Below are positions 9,979 to 18,484 of a stretch of DNA of 64,000 nt, in pieces (position 1 is the stretch's first letter; each line of letters starts with the position of its first letter). Source of the DNA: a virus. The notes under the pieces are model-generated. The model worked only from the letters and a program-made list of their open reading frames with translations, did no database searches and was not told the origin of the DNA. Location of the stretch: positions 10,273 through 74,272 of the IMG/VR virus record IMGVR_UViG_3300009159_008629; one strand, given 5' to 3'. Position numbers and translations under genes: made by a program.

Positions 9979-11039
9979 TTGTCCGATACCTTTATGAGTT
10001 CGGAAAAATGCTTCGCCGCTTCAGGGTTCTGCGTGAAAATCTTCTTTATCTTGGAGATCATCTTGATGTCGTTGCCGGCTAGCATCACGTCCCTGCAAAT
10101 CTCCCGGAACGGTCTGACCTCAAGGACATTCGATATCACGAACTTGAACACCTTGTCGTTCTGGCTCATGAGCGAGACTATCTTCTCCTTGCTCATTAGC
10201 TTGACGAACCACTCCATCAGGGTTTTGCTTTCGACTATGTATTTCGTGGCGGAAGCGAAGTTGTTCTCGTTCTGGAGCCATGTCCTTGCCTCTTCCACGT
10301 CATCGCCCTTCATTAGATTGGACAGCTTTTGCCCCGTCGGTCCTTCCTTCAGTGACTGCAACAGCTTGGAGACGCCACTCTCCATCGGCAACACGTCGCG
10401 AAGGTCGCCTTGGACAGAATGCAGGTTGAGGGCGTACTCGAGCCTTCTCGGGGACACCAAGTCCTTCGTGGCGACATCCAATTCGTTCCACCAAGATATG
10501 GCGCTGTCCGCGACTTCCAAGCCGAACTTTTTCCTGAAATAGTCCGCGTCCGGCTTGTATTCTATGTTCCTGTGGACCTCGAACCTGTCCAGCTGGGCGG
10601 GATCGAGCCTCTCGACGTCATATGAACCGATTTCGTCGTCTGGGTTTACCGCAGCCCATATCATGCGCAAGTTCGGGAATTTCTCGCCATTTATGCTCTT
10701 GAACTGGAGCAACTCCAGGACGGCGTTCCTGACCTTTTTCGGTCCACGGTTGAACTCGTCTATGAATATGGCTTCGACCTCTCCGAGAGCGAACTCCAGA
10801 GGTCTGATCATCTTGAGGTAGCTCACCTCTCGCCCATCGATCGACATTGTCGTCTCTTTCGGTATTCCCACGAAATCGACCCACGGGTCCATCGTAGCGG
10901 CGCTGAAGTATTTCCACCGGAGCTTGTTTCTCTCGAAGGCGCTCTTGACCATGGCGGTCTTTCCGACCCCGTGCTTTCCTATGAACAGAGCGTTTTGATT
11001 GGTTTTGATCCAGAAATCTAGCTTGTAATCCAATGACAT
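9975..11039 (-). CDS. MoxR-like AAA+ ATPase
   Basis: Walker A GKHGVGKT, Walker B IFIDEFNR, AAVNP, LDPAQLDRF, SPRR. Confidence 0.9.
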   Translation of the reverse strand: MSLDYKLDFWIKTNQNALFIGKHGVGKTAMVKSAFERNKLRWKYFSAATMDPWVDFVGIPKETTMSIDGREVSYLKMIRPLEFALGEVEAIFIDEFNRGPKKVRNAVLELLQFKSINGEKFPNLRMIWAAVNPDDEIGSYDVERLDPAQLDRFEVHRNIEYKPDADYFRKKFGLEVADSAISWWNELDVATKDLVSPRRLEYALNLHSVQGDLRDVLPMESGVSKLLQSLKEGPTGQKLSNLMKGDDVEEARTWLQNENNFASATKYIVESKTLMEWFVKLMSKEKIVSLMSQNDKVFKFVISNVLEVRPFREICRDVMLAGNDIKMISKIKKIFTQNPEAAKHFSELIKVSDK

Positions 11040-11103
11040 AGCAGTCTCCGTGTGTTGGCGGACAATGCTACCACGAATCGTTTTTTTTTGGAATCTGATT
11101 ATT

Positions 11104-11847
11104 TCATTCGAAAATCTGAAGCTGGTTCTTTTCCGAGACGAATACGCTCTCGGCGTAGGCTAGCTCGAACCAGACGTTGTATATGCCCGGGTCGTAATCG
11201 TTCGTGTCCACGAACAGATATGCGTACATCTTTTCCCTGTAGTCCACAAGTTGCCGATCCACCACCAATCTTAAGTCTTTCTCTTGCGGGACACAATCGC
11301 CGCAAGCCTTTTCGATCGATACTCTCAAATCTGAGACTATGGCGAGATTTTCGTAGTACGGCAGTAGATCGGCTCCTCGCGGAACGTTTGGCTGTATCTG
11401 GATCACCAGATACCTCTTTGAACCTTTAACAATCCTGTTCGGCTTGAAGCCGAACGAGAAATCGTAAACTGGGGGAATTGGGGAAGTAAACCAGAGGTCT
11501 GGATAAAGCCTGAATGAGTTGGATATTTCGGCCGTCGAACATTCGTTGGTCTCGAACGTGACCGACCATATGTCCAGATAGTCTCCTATCGTGTACAGAG
11601 GGTCTTGAGTGGAGACGTCAACATAGTACGATCCCGTACCCTCGGACACGACATCGTCGCCGCTGACGCTCTCAACAAACCTTCTGCCGTCTGGGTTGAC
11701 CTGGGAGACCCCGTTTTGGTCGAGATGGTAGATGTCCACCTTGTCGATAGATTTCATGTTCGCCCTGTTGTTGCTGTTGTAGCTGAACAACCGCAATCTC
11801 ACGGTGTCGTTACAGGTTGGGTTTTGAAGTCTTTCTTTTGTGGACAT
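11104..11847 (-). CDS. Hypothetical beta-rich protein, probably virion/baseplate
   Basis: Downstream of the hub genes in the same operon; two Ig-like strand patterns (GDYLDIWSVTF, GIYNVWFEL). Confidence 0.55.
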   Translation of the reverse strand: MSTKERLQNPTCNDTVRLRLFSYNSNNRANMKSIDKVDIYHLDQNGVSQVNPDGRRFVESVSGDDVVSEGTGSYYVDVSTQDPLYTIGDYLDIWSVTFETNECSTAEISNSFRLYPDLWFTSPIPPVYDFSFGFKPNRIVKGSKRYLVIQIQPNVPRGADLLPYYENLAIVSDLRVSIEKACGDCVPQEKDLRLVVDRQLVDYREKMYAYLFVDTNDYDPGIYNVWFELAYAESVFVSEKNQLQIFE

Positions 11848-11850
11848 CTG

Positions 11851-12081
11851 TTACTTTCTCTGCTTTGATTTTCTTCTTTCGGCTTCCATCGCATCGTTCT
11901 CTTTCTGCTTTTGATCGATGAACCTGTTGACGAGCCATTTTCTGGCGTGCGTCGGCATGCTAAGAGTGTCATGCATACTCTGGTGGAGGTGATACATGAA
12001 AAAAAATATTTCTTCAAGGAGGTTAGTTTGAAGCTCTAAGCTTGGGGATTCTTTTCCCTCTTCCTCCGGGGGAAGAAAAAA
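11851..12081 (-). CDS. gp51/gpT-like small baseplate or tail-chaperone ORF, probably reached by -1 frameshift
   Basis: EEIFFFMYHL...LSMPTHARKWLV pattern; lies in the -1 frame overlapping the upstream gene end; no good own start or SD. Confidence 0.65.
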   Translation of the reverse strand, partial: FFLPPEEEGKESPSLELQTNLLEEIFFFMYHLHQSMHDTLSMPTHARKWLVNRFIDQKQKENDAMEAERRKSKQRK

Positions 12082-13070
12082 TTTGTTTCTAGCGGCAGAT
12101 CTATAGAGAATTCGGCGGAGCAAGAAGGACAGTTGATCTCGATCTTGGTGTCGACGCCGAATGGAGGCTCGTTGATCACGCCCCGAATGTAGGAAACGTC
12201 GTTGATCGGCAGGTTCTTGAGAAGGATTTGCAGTTCGGTCTTGTCGTTGATCCCATCGATCTCTTCTAGAAGTTGCGCCGTCCTGTATGTCAGAGTGTCG
12301 TCCGTGGCGCTGTCGCCGAACATCTTCATGCGACGCTCTCTGTAGTCGTTGATTTCTTGCTCATCCTTGCCTGTCGACAACCTGTAGCGGAATCTCAATT
12401 TGGTGTTCGGGAGTACGTCCTCCATGATCGGACCGTATTCCATCGGGCAGGTCTCGACGTAAAGGCTGCTTAGATCCACGTTGGTGCTGAATTTGGAACT
12501 GCATTCGGAACACTTGACTTCCACGTCGTAACTTGAGGAATAGGAAATGCCTCGGAGGTACAGCAATAGATATGTTCTGTCCACGGTAAGGAGGTTCTCG
12601 ACCTTGAAGTTCTCCTTGATGCATTTCTGGAAGATCATGTTGATCGCCTGACCCTTGCGGACGAACCGCGGGGTCGCAAGGATTTGCTCCTCTTCGCCGG
12701 TCATAGGTCTCAGGCTCACTATGCCGTTGGACGGACCGTTCGTGCCATCGTAGAACCTTCCCTTGGAAGGCAATTGCACTTCCTCGTATTGGGAACTGTT
12801 TCCCTTGAGTGTCTCAAGCAGTTCCTTGAGATGCCCGGACGAGTTTTGGCTCACTGGTTGCGGAGAAGTTCTTGGGTTCACCGGCGCGTTGGTGTTTTGC
12901 TCGCGGTTCATCGATGAAAAACTGTTGTTTGGCTTTTGGAGCGTAGATTCGGGTGGCGCGGATTCCTTCTGCTGTTGCAAAGCTTTGGCGAACTCGGGAG
13001 GTATGTTGCCCTGTATGGAAAGTTCTGGGGCGCCTTCTGGCTTCTGCGGTCTGAAAGTCTCGTCTGTCAT
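12036..13070 (-). CDS. gp26: T4 gp26-like baseplate hub / tail assembly chaperone
   Basis: VQLPSKGRFY, LRPMTGEEEQIL, DRTYLLLYLRGISY, two CxxC (CSEC, CPSC), ends LETNFFFP; SD AGGAG. Confidence 0.75.
   Translation of the reverse strand: MTDETFRPQKPEGAPELSIQGNIPPEFAKALQQQKESAPPESTLQKPNNSFSSMNREQNTNAPVNPRTSPQPVSQNSSGHLKELLETLKGNSSQYEEVQLPSKGRFYDGTNGPSNGIVSLRPMTGEEEQILATPRFVRKGQAINMIFQKCIKENFKVENLLTVDRTYLLLYLRGISYSSSYDVEVKCSECSSKFSTNVDLSSLYVETCPMEYGPIMEDVLPNTKLRFRYRLSTGKDEQEINDYRERRMKMFGDSATDDTLTYRTAQLLEEIDGINDKTELQILLKNLPINDVSYIRGVINEPPFGVDTKIEINCPSCSAEFSIDLPLETNFFFPRRKREKNPQA
12075..12081 (-). other. Slippery heptamer T TTT TTC (candidate -1 programmed ribosomal frameshift)
   Basis: Minus strand reads GAA ACA AAT TTT TTC TTC in the correct phase; the -1 frame stays open to 11851. 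Confidence 0.65.
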
Positions 13071-13087
13071 TTTTATCTCCTAATGGG

Positions 13088-13116
13088 TTGCTTAAAAAAG
13101 CCTTTTGTTTTAGAAT
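13088..13116 (+). promoter_or_regulatory. Sigma70-type promoter, probably producing a leaderless transcript
   Basis: TTGCTT-17 nt-TAGAAT, then 7 nt to ATG 13124. Confidence 0.55.
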
Positions 13117-13123
13117 AGTATCA

Positions 13124-13486
13124 ATGGAGATAAATCTGAGAAATATTGAGGAAATTATTTTCAGTAACCCCGATGTTTGGAAGCACATGCCAAACATGTC
13201 ACACTACCGCGACGAGTGGATGGTGGCGCAGAGGGTTCCCGGGATGCGCGGGCTCGGCAAGAGATCGGTTCTGGGCTTCCTTTCGAAGGCTGGCGCGGAA
13301 CAGATAGAAGCTATGGAATCCCATTTCGGCGAGCCGGTCGTCATAAACAAGATAGATCCAAGTGTACACGGGAATCTCGAATGCGATATCGCGGATCTCG
13401 AGGGCAGGATCTGCGAGTTCGGGGATTTCGGCGAAGTCTGCATCAGCAGGAACAAGGAAACCGTAAAATTGTCTTTCTGGAGGTAG
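13124..13486 (+). CDS. Hypothetical protein
   Basis: First gene of a tightly packed + strand operon. Confidence 0.65.
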   Translation: MEINLRNIEEIIFSNPDVWKHMPNMSHYRDEWMVAQRVPGMRGLGKRSVLGFLSKAGAEQIEAMESHFGEPVVINKIDPSVHGNLECDIADLEGRICEFGDFGEVCISRNKETVKLSFWR

Positions 13487-13488
13487 TT

Positions 13489-13827
13489 ATGGAAGATTTT
13501 TGTCTGTTTTTATTGGCGACCATAGGCATGTCCCACATCATAGTCGATGGTTCCATCATGGAGCCTTTCAGGAATCTCGTGAAGTACGTTTCCGAGAAAA
13601 TCAAGATGCCGAAGGTCGGGGAGTTGGTCGAATGCTATCTGTGCTCCGGAACCTGGTGCGGATTCCTGATGGGCTATATATTCTTCGTGAATCGAAGGGA
13701 GGAGCTCGACCTTAGGTGTTTCATGGTCGTCTTCGCCTGCGGGTGCGCCGGCGGCTTCGTTTCCAACTTGGCTGCCATGGTCCTCAACTGGATTGAGGCT
13801 GCGACCATAGTTAACATGCCGGAATAA
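13489..13827 (+). CDS. DUF1360-like membrane protein
   Basis: TM helices; IVDGSIMEPFR and GELVECYLCSGTW (CxxCxGxW); SD GGAGGT. Confidence 0.7.
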   Translation: MEDFCLFLLATIGMSHIIVDGSIMEPFRNLVKYVSEKIKMPKVGELVECYLCSGTWCGFLMGYIFFVNRREELDLRCFMVVFACGCAGGFVSNLAAMVLNWIEAATIVNMPE

Positions 13828-13829
13828 CG

Positions 13830-14087
13830 ATGAAAAACTACAAGTACCTGATATATTGCCAGATATGCCACTACAAGAGACTCGTCACGGACGATGACAT
13901 CAAGGACTTGTCCATATCCAAGAGCAGCGACATACAGGCGGGCATACCGAAACAAGATCCCTTGACGAAAAAGACCGAGATACCAAAGAACAAATTGGGT
14001 AAAAGCAAGGTCAAGTGCCCAAATTGCGGCAGGGTCATATTCATCGGAAAGTACAAGGACACAAATGAGACCAATAACCCTTCTTGA
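13830..14087 (+). CDS. Zinc-ribbon protein
   Basis: CQIC ... KCPNCG. Confidence 0.7.
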   Translation: MKNYKYLIYCQICHYKRLVTDDDIKDLSISKSSDIQAGIPKQDPLTKKTEIPKNKLGKSKVKCPNCGRVIFIGKYKDTNETNNPS

Positions 14088-14442
14088 AATAAAACAGGCT
14101 CTCAGGGACGCCAGGTTCAGGGAGTCCATCCCGGCGAACCTCACCGAGGATTTGCAGAAGTACCTGAAGAACCCATCCTGCGCGTGCAACACGCCCTTCT
14201 ACAAGAAGATACTTAAAGAGTGCAAGGACCAGATCCTAGCTTACTTCCCGGGAAGGGAGGTCGGCGAAATCGAGAACGAGATAAGGAAGATAGCCGAGAA
14301 CAACTGGTCGGTAATAAACTGTTCCGTTGGCGATCTCGAGTCCAAGCTGAGGAAGCTTGGACCGGGAAGAAAACAGATAGCCATTTCGAGATACGAAGAT
14401 CAAGTCACCCTAGTGGTCAACGAGCTCGATGTCATCTATTAG
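14065..14442 (+). CDS. Hypothetical protein
   Basis: Overlaps the upstream gene; NPSCACN motif. Confidence 0.65.
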   Translation: MRPITLLEIKQALRDARFRESIPANLTEDLQKYLKNPSCACNTPFYKKILKECKDQILAYFPGREVGEIENEIRKIAENNWSVINCSVGDLESKLRKLGPGRKQIAISRYEDQVTLVVNELDVIY

Positions 14443-15379
14443 CGATGTAAAGCTTTGACTTTCCCTTGATGTCCGCGCAGTTTTTCATCATGCTCTCTGG
14501 ATGCTTTTTGTATTTGTCTATTTGGAACGGCCAATCATCGTTCTTGAGTCGTCTAGAGCCTAGGATCATGGCGTTCTCGTAGAAAGAGTAAGCCTTGTCG
14601 TATATGTCGAGGGAATGGTATATGTCGCCGAGAAGGCACCAGAATTCAGCCATGAGCGGCTTCGTGGCTATGCACTCGAACACGTTCTTCGAGGCTTGGT
14701 GGTAATCCTTGTTGACATAGCAGTAGACCATCCCAAGATAATATTTCGTCATCACGTACGGCATCGATCCGGGCTTCCCCTTGAACAGGTAGTGGTTCGC
14801 GCAGCCGATGAACTCCCTGTACTTCCGCTGCGACAGGTAGACGCAGCTCTTGTAGTATTGCGGCTCGAGAGCCAACGGAGACCTTTCCTGCCACCTTCTG
14901 ATTATCTCCATGTTTTCCTCTCCGCGGTCGACCATTGAGGCTTTGACATATATATCCGAATAGCCGGCTTCACAAGAAAGGTGTTCGAAAGTAGGGTTGT
15001 TGAACCTCGTTCCGCCTGAAGGTCTCCAGATTCTTATAGGCTTGGTCACGACTTGCTCCTGGACGACCGATATCCTGGACGGACTAGTTATGTCGGGCAC
15101 GCTTTCGGCTCCCTTCACTATGGATTCGTTTGCGTCCAAAATGAGTGCGAATTCCGTGCGCACGGAATCAGCAAGCTTGTTCTTGCATTCCGAATAGTTG
15201 TGGCGGAAATCCAGCCTCAACACCTCGTCAGCGTAAGCTTTGGCTATGTCTGCGGTTCTGTCGGAACTGCCGATGTCGCCAACGATGATGGTGGCGTCGA
15301 TCCCGACCAGCGACTTGAGGCACGACTCGATGGTCGACTCACTGTTTCTCGCCGCCACTAGTATTGTCATTTTTTTCAT
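14432..15379 (-). CDS. GT2 glycosyltransferase with C-terminal TPR repeats
   Basis: ARNSESTIESCLKSL, GDIGSSDRT, ILDANE, FEHL; TPR-like YYLG.VY and EFWCLLGDIY. Confidence 0.82.
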   Translation of the reverse strand: MKKMTILVAARNSESTIESCLKSLVGIDATIIVGDIGSSDRTADIAKAYADEVLRLDFRHNYSECKNKLADSVRTEFALILDANESIVKGAESVPDITSPSRISVVQEQVVTKPIRIWRPSGGTRFNNPTFEHLSCEAGYSDIYVKASMVDRGEENMEIIRRWQERSPLALEPQYYKSCVYLSQRKYREFIGCANHYLFKGKPGSMPYVMTKYYLGMVYCYVNKDYHQASKNVFECIATKPLMAEFWCLLGDIYHSLDIYDKAYSFYENAMILGSRRLKNDDWPFQIDKYKKHPESMMKNCADIKGKSKLYIANR

Positions 15380-15524
15380 CAAATTTTTTGCTTATGAGAA
15401 AAGACAAGGCTTTAGCCTCATTGTCCATTCCGGAACGATTATAATACTCTTGTAGTTCCTTGTAGAACCTCGGAGTGAAAGGGTTATCTATGATCCCTGC
15501 GAAAATTTCAGAAAGACTCAACAT
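15339..15524 (-). CDS. Small hypothetical protein (61 aa)
   Basis: Its stop overlaps the start of the GT2-TPR gene; helical composition. Confidence 0.45.
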   Translation of the reverse strand: MLSLSEIFAGIIDNPFTPRFYKELQEYYNRSGMDNEAKALSFLISKKFDEKNDNTSGGEKQ

Positions 15525-16401
15525 GAACAAAACAGCCCCTTCGCGCAACAGCCTTCAGGCATTCAAGCCTTGGGAGGGAGAATACAAGACCAAGCCATGG
15601 CACAGAAAAGTAACCGTGGTGATACCAGTGATCGACACCTTCGAACAATTAAGTATATGCGTCGAGCTGCTTAGGTGTCAATCCGTCAAGCCATACATAG
15701 TCGTCATCGACACCGGCAGCGACGATGAAAACCTCGAGAGGATATGCGGTCTCAGGGACGAAGACATAGAGGTTCATTCCTTGAGGCTGAACGCGGTCAA
15801 GCACCCAAGCGATTTCCCCGCCATCGCCATGGATCTTGGGTTCTCCCTGTGCAGAACCGAATACCTTTTCGCCACCCACACGGATGTTTTCGCGAAGAGG
15901 ATCGACCTCCTGGAGCATTTCCTTGGATTGTGCGAAAAGGAGTCGCCGGTTGTCGGATACCAGATTTCACCCAGAGCCCACGATGACTGGGTTGGCATGG
16001 TGTCACATACCGCCACGATGTACCACATGCCGACGATGGACAAGGTCGGTTTCGGGTGGAGCCTCAGAAGGCTATGCAACACCTTCGGCATCGCGGACCA
16101 CAGACCGAACCCGATGAGACCATGCTGGCCAGACACCGAATTGTTGGGCAATTACATACTGAGGCAGAATGACATAAAGCCTCATTTGATTGGAAAGGAG
16201 GAGAACTTCAAGATGACAAGAGATGACAATATTGATCATTTTAGGAGTTTTACTTCTGGAAAATTGTATAGCCATTCCTACTTTAGTGTAGCCAATGAGT
16301 GGTACGAACAAGCCAGGAAAGAAGCTCTTGATCGAATAGAAGAATGGAAAGCAGTCGGTGACCAGTATACGACCGTGAAAAACAAGGAGCTTAATGGCTA
16401 A
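15523..16401 (+). CDS. GT2-like (GT-A) glycosyltransferase
   Basis: VTVVIPVIDT, VVIDTGS, YLFATHTD. Confidence 0.75.
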   Translation: MNKTAPSRNSLQAFKPWEGEYKTKPWHRKVTVVIPVIDTFEQLSICVELLRCQSVKPYIVVIDTGSDDENLERICGLRDEDIEVHSLRLNAVKHPSDFPAIAMDLGFSLCRTEYLFATHTDVFAKRIDLLEHFLGLCEKESPVVGYQISPRAHDDWVGMVSHTATMYHMPTMDKVGFGWSLRRLCNTFGIADHRPNPMRPCWPDTELLGNYILRQNDIKPHLIGKEENFKMTRDDNIDHFRSFTSGKLYSHSYFSVANEWYEQARKEALDRIEEWKAVGDQYTTVKNKELNG

Positions 16402-16936
16402 TGAGTATCTCAACAACAAAAACTTCGAGGCTTTAATCTCCAAGTTCATAAGAATCAAAAAAAGTAAAGTCAAGTACGAGACGCTTTTGGAGGAAATCAA
16501 CGAAACCCAGTTGAGGTTGTCCGTGCGCAAAAAGCACGAGAAGCCGGAATGCTGGGAAGAGGTTGAGCGCGAGTTCAAAAGCTACCTGTCGCAGTACCAG
16601 GACCTCCAGAAAGACCTCACGATAGCATTTTACCTGCTTTCCGAGAACATAGTCAGATACAGGAAATTCAACCTTATAGACCCAGATGACGCCATACAAG
16701 AGGGCGTCCTCATATGTTTCGAGAAAGTTGACAGGTTCGACCCTAGCAAGGGCAAGGCGTTCAACTACATGACGACCTGCATCATAAACCACTTCAGGCA
16801 GCTCTACAGGACCGCGAGGAACTACAACGAACTCAAGAGGAAGTACCACGAACACTTGAGCGTCACCATAGAACAAGTCGGAAACTCAAGCAGGGGAAGG
16901 TCGACAAACAAGAACAATCAGAGCAATGACAGATGA
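16394..16936 (+). CDS. gp55: T4 gp55-like late-transcription sigma factor
   Basis: YLNNKNF, LLSENIV, DDAIQEGVLICFEKVDRFDPSKGKAFNYMTTCIIN (sigma region 2 only, 180 aa). Confidence 0.85.
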   Translation: MANEYLNNKNFEALISKFIRIKKSKVKYETLLEEINETQLRLSVRKKHEKPECWEEVEREFKSYLSQYQDLQKDLTIAFYLLSENIVRYRKFNLIDPDDAIQEGVLICFEKVDRFDPSKGKAFNYMTTCIINHFRQLYRTARNYNELKRKYHEHLSVTIEQVGNSSRGRSTNKNNQSNDR

Positions 16937-16952
16937 ATTTTCGTCCAATGAG

Positions 16953-16981
16953 TTGAAAGTTTCGTTCTCGAATTTTATACT
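16953..16981 (+). promoter_or_regulatory. Sigma70-type promoter
   Basis: TTGAAA-17 nt-TATACT in intergenic DNA. Confidence 0.65.
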
Positions 16982-17025
16982 TATATCAGTGGATGTTGTA
17001 TGCCACTGTATATCAAGGTTAAAAT

Positions 17026-17283
17026 ATGAGCAATGTTATTGATCAGATCGAAAAGCAAGAGTTAATCCAGAAACTTATAGACAAGGGCTACGCGCCCCTT
17101 ATAGACGCCCTTCTCGGCAACGAGAAGGATGTTTACACCAAAAAGGGCAGGCTCAACAAGAGCGGCGCGTGCAGGGTGCTTGGATGGAAGCCAAAAGACC
17201 TAGAGCAGGCTCTGGAATCGTGCAAGGAAATACTGAAGAACGATCTTTTCTTTTCGAATCCGAAAGACGAAAAAGACGAATAG
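17026..17283 (+). CDS. Small putative HTH protein
   Basis: LNKSGACRVLGWKPKDLEQAL is HTH-like; SD AAGGT. Confidence 0.6.
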   Translation: MSNVIDQIEKQELIQKLIDKGYAPLIDALLGNEKDVYTKKGRLNKSGACRVLGWKPKDLEQALESCKEILKNDLFFSNPKDEKDE

Positions 17284-17299
17284 GAGCGGCTGGAGCGAA

Positions 17300-17809
17300 T
17301 TATATCTTCTTGTATGCCCTGTCGTATTTTAGGCTTAGGTCTATCATGCACACGTCGGAAGACGTGTAGTCGAGGTCGCCGAAATCTGCACTCTCTATGT
17401 ATATGTTCTCCAGAACCCATTTCTCTATGACCTCCCCGCAGCCATCGTACAGCTCCAGGGTGGCTTCTTTCTTGAAACCGTTGGTGGCGACCTTGTATGT
17501 CGCCGAACTTTGCGTGACCTCGTAAATCTTGCTTATCCATTCTATGACCGGGTTCTTGCTCTTCTTGAGGTCGAACAGGGTCAAGCTGATGGGCTTCCAC
17601 TCCGGCTTCGAAGGGAAGTTTATAGTCTCGCTCATGTGCTGCGCTTCCATGCTCTTGAACGATAGGCTTGGTCTGCCAGCCTTTGAAGGGGGAAGCGTGT
17701 CAACCCCGGTAGCCGAAACCTCGGGTATCTTCAGAAGCCACCGATACTTCCTTTTGAAGCATGCCGACTTACTTTCTAGTCCGAAGTCGAAAGACATTCT
17801 CTGTCCCAC
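17300..17809 (-). CDS. gp19: Tail tube protein paralog 2 (gp19-like)
   Basis: FKRKYRW, GRPSL, WKPISLTLFD, LYDGCG...W, FGDLDY, LKYD; GTG start with SD GAGGTG. Confidence 0.85.
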   Translation of the reverse strand: MGQRMSFDFGLESKSACFKRKYRWLLKIPEVSATGVDTLPPSKAGRPSLSFKSMEAQHMSETINFPSKPEWKPISLTLFDLKKSKNPVIEWISKIYEVTQSSATYKVATNGFKKEATLELYDGCGEVIEKWVLENIYIESADFGDLDYTSSDVCMIDLSLKYDRAYKKI

Positions 17810-17825
17810 TTTTCACCTCTTATGC

Positions 17826-17869
17826 AAGAAAAGCCACAACCCAAATGAGCTGTGGCTTCTTTTTTTTTT
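17826..17869 (-). terminator. Intrinsic terminator between the two tube genes (bidirectional geometry)
   Basis: Minus strand AGCCACAGCTCA-TT-TGGGTTGTGGCT followed by TTTCTT. Confidence 0.7.
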
Positions 17870-17892
17870 GAAAGGAAAATCTAAATCTAGCT

Positions 17893-18462
17893 TTAGCAGC
17901 CCAAACATACTGGAGTTGGGTTGGTATCGCATTTGGCTTGGTATTTAGCCATGTAGTATCGCAGAGTCAACTCCACAGTCGCTTCTTCCGATGAACTGTA
18001 ATCCAAGTCGCCGAAATTCACGGCGGATGGCCAAATGCCGCTCAAAGTCCAGGTTTCAAGTGATTTGCCGCAACCATCATACATGTCGAGCGTGGCGACC
18101 CCAGCCCAGCCACCATTTGATCCAGTACCTTGAATGGTAGTCTGTTTCATCGAGTCGTCCTGGAAGTTGTAGATGCTGGCGAGCCATCCATAGACGTTGT
18201 CAACGCCATCACTGGTGGCTCTAGCCACGTCGTAGAAGGTGACGGTAATGGATTCCCAAGAAGCCTTGCCTGGTATCCACATCTTTCCGTGCATGTAGTT
18301 GATTTCGGTCTCTTCTATCGTAAGGTTTGGACGAGAGGCTAGTTTAACATAGCTCTTGCCCAAATTCTTGCCATTCCATTTTAAATCAAAAGTCCATCTG
18401 TATTTTCTCTTGAAAACTAAGTTCTTGTTTACAGCTAGTTCTCCCAAATTCATAGTTGCCAT
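17893..18462 (-). CDS. gp19: Major tail tube protein (gp19-like)
   Basis: FKRKYRW, SRPNLTIEE, PGKASWESITVTFYD, WP..VNFGDLDYSS; directly after the sheath gene. Confidence 0.9.
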   Translation of the reverse strand: MATMNLGELAVNKNLVFKRKYRWTFDLKWNGKNLGKSYVKLASRPNLTIEETEINYMHGKMWIPGKASWESITVTFYDVARATSDGVDNVYGWLASIYNFQDDSMKQTTIQGTGSNGGWAGVATLDMYDGCGKSLETWTLSGIWPSAVNFGDLDYSSSEEATVELTLRYYMAKYQAKCDTNPTPVCLGC

Positions 18463-18484
18463 ATTAAAATCCTCCCCTCAAAAA

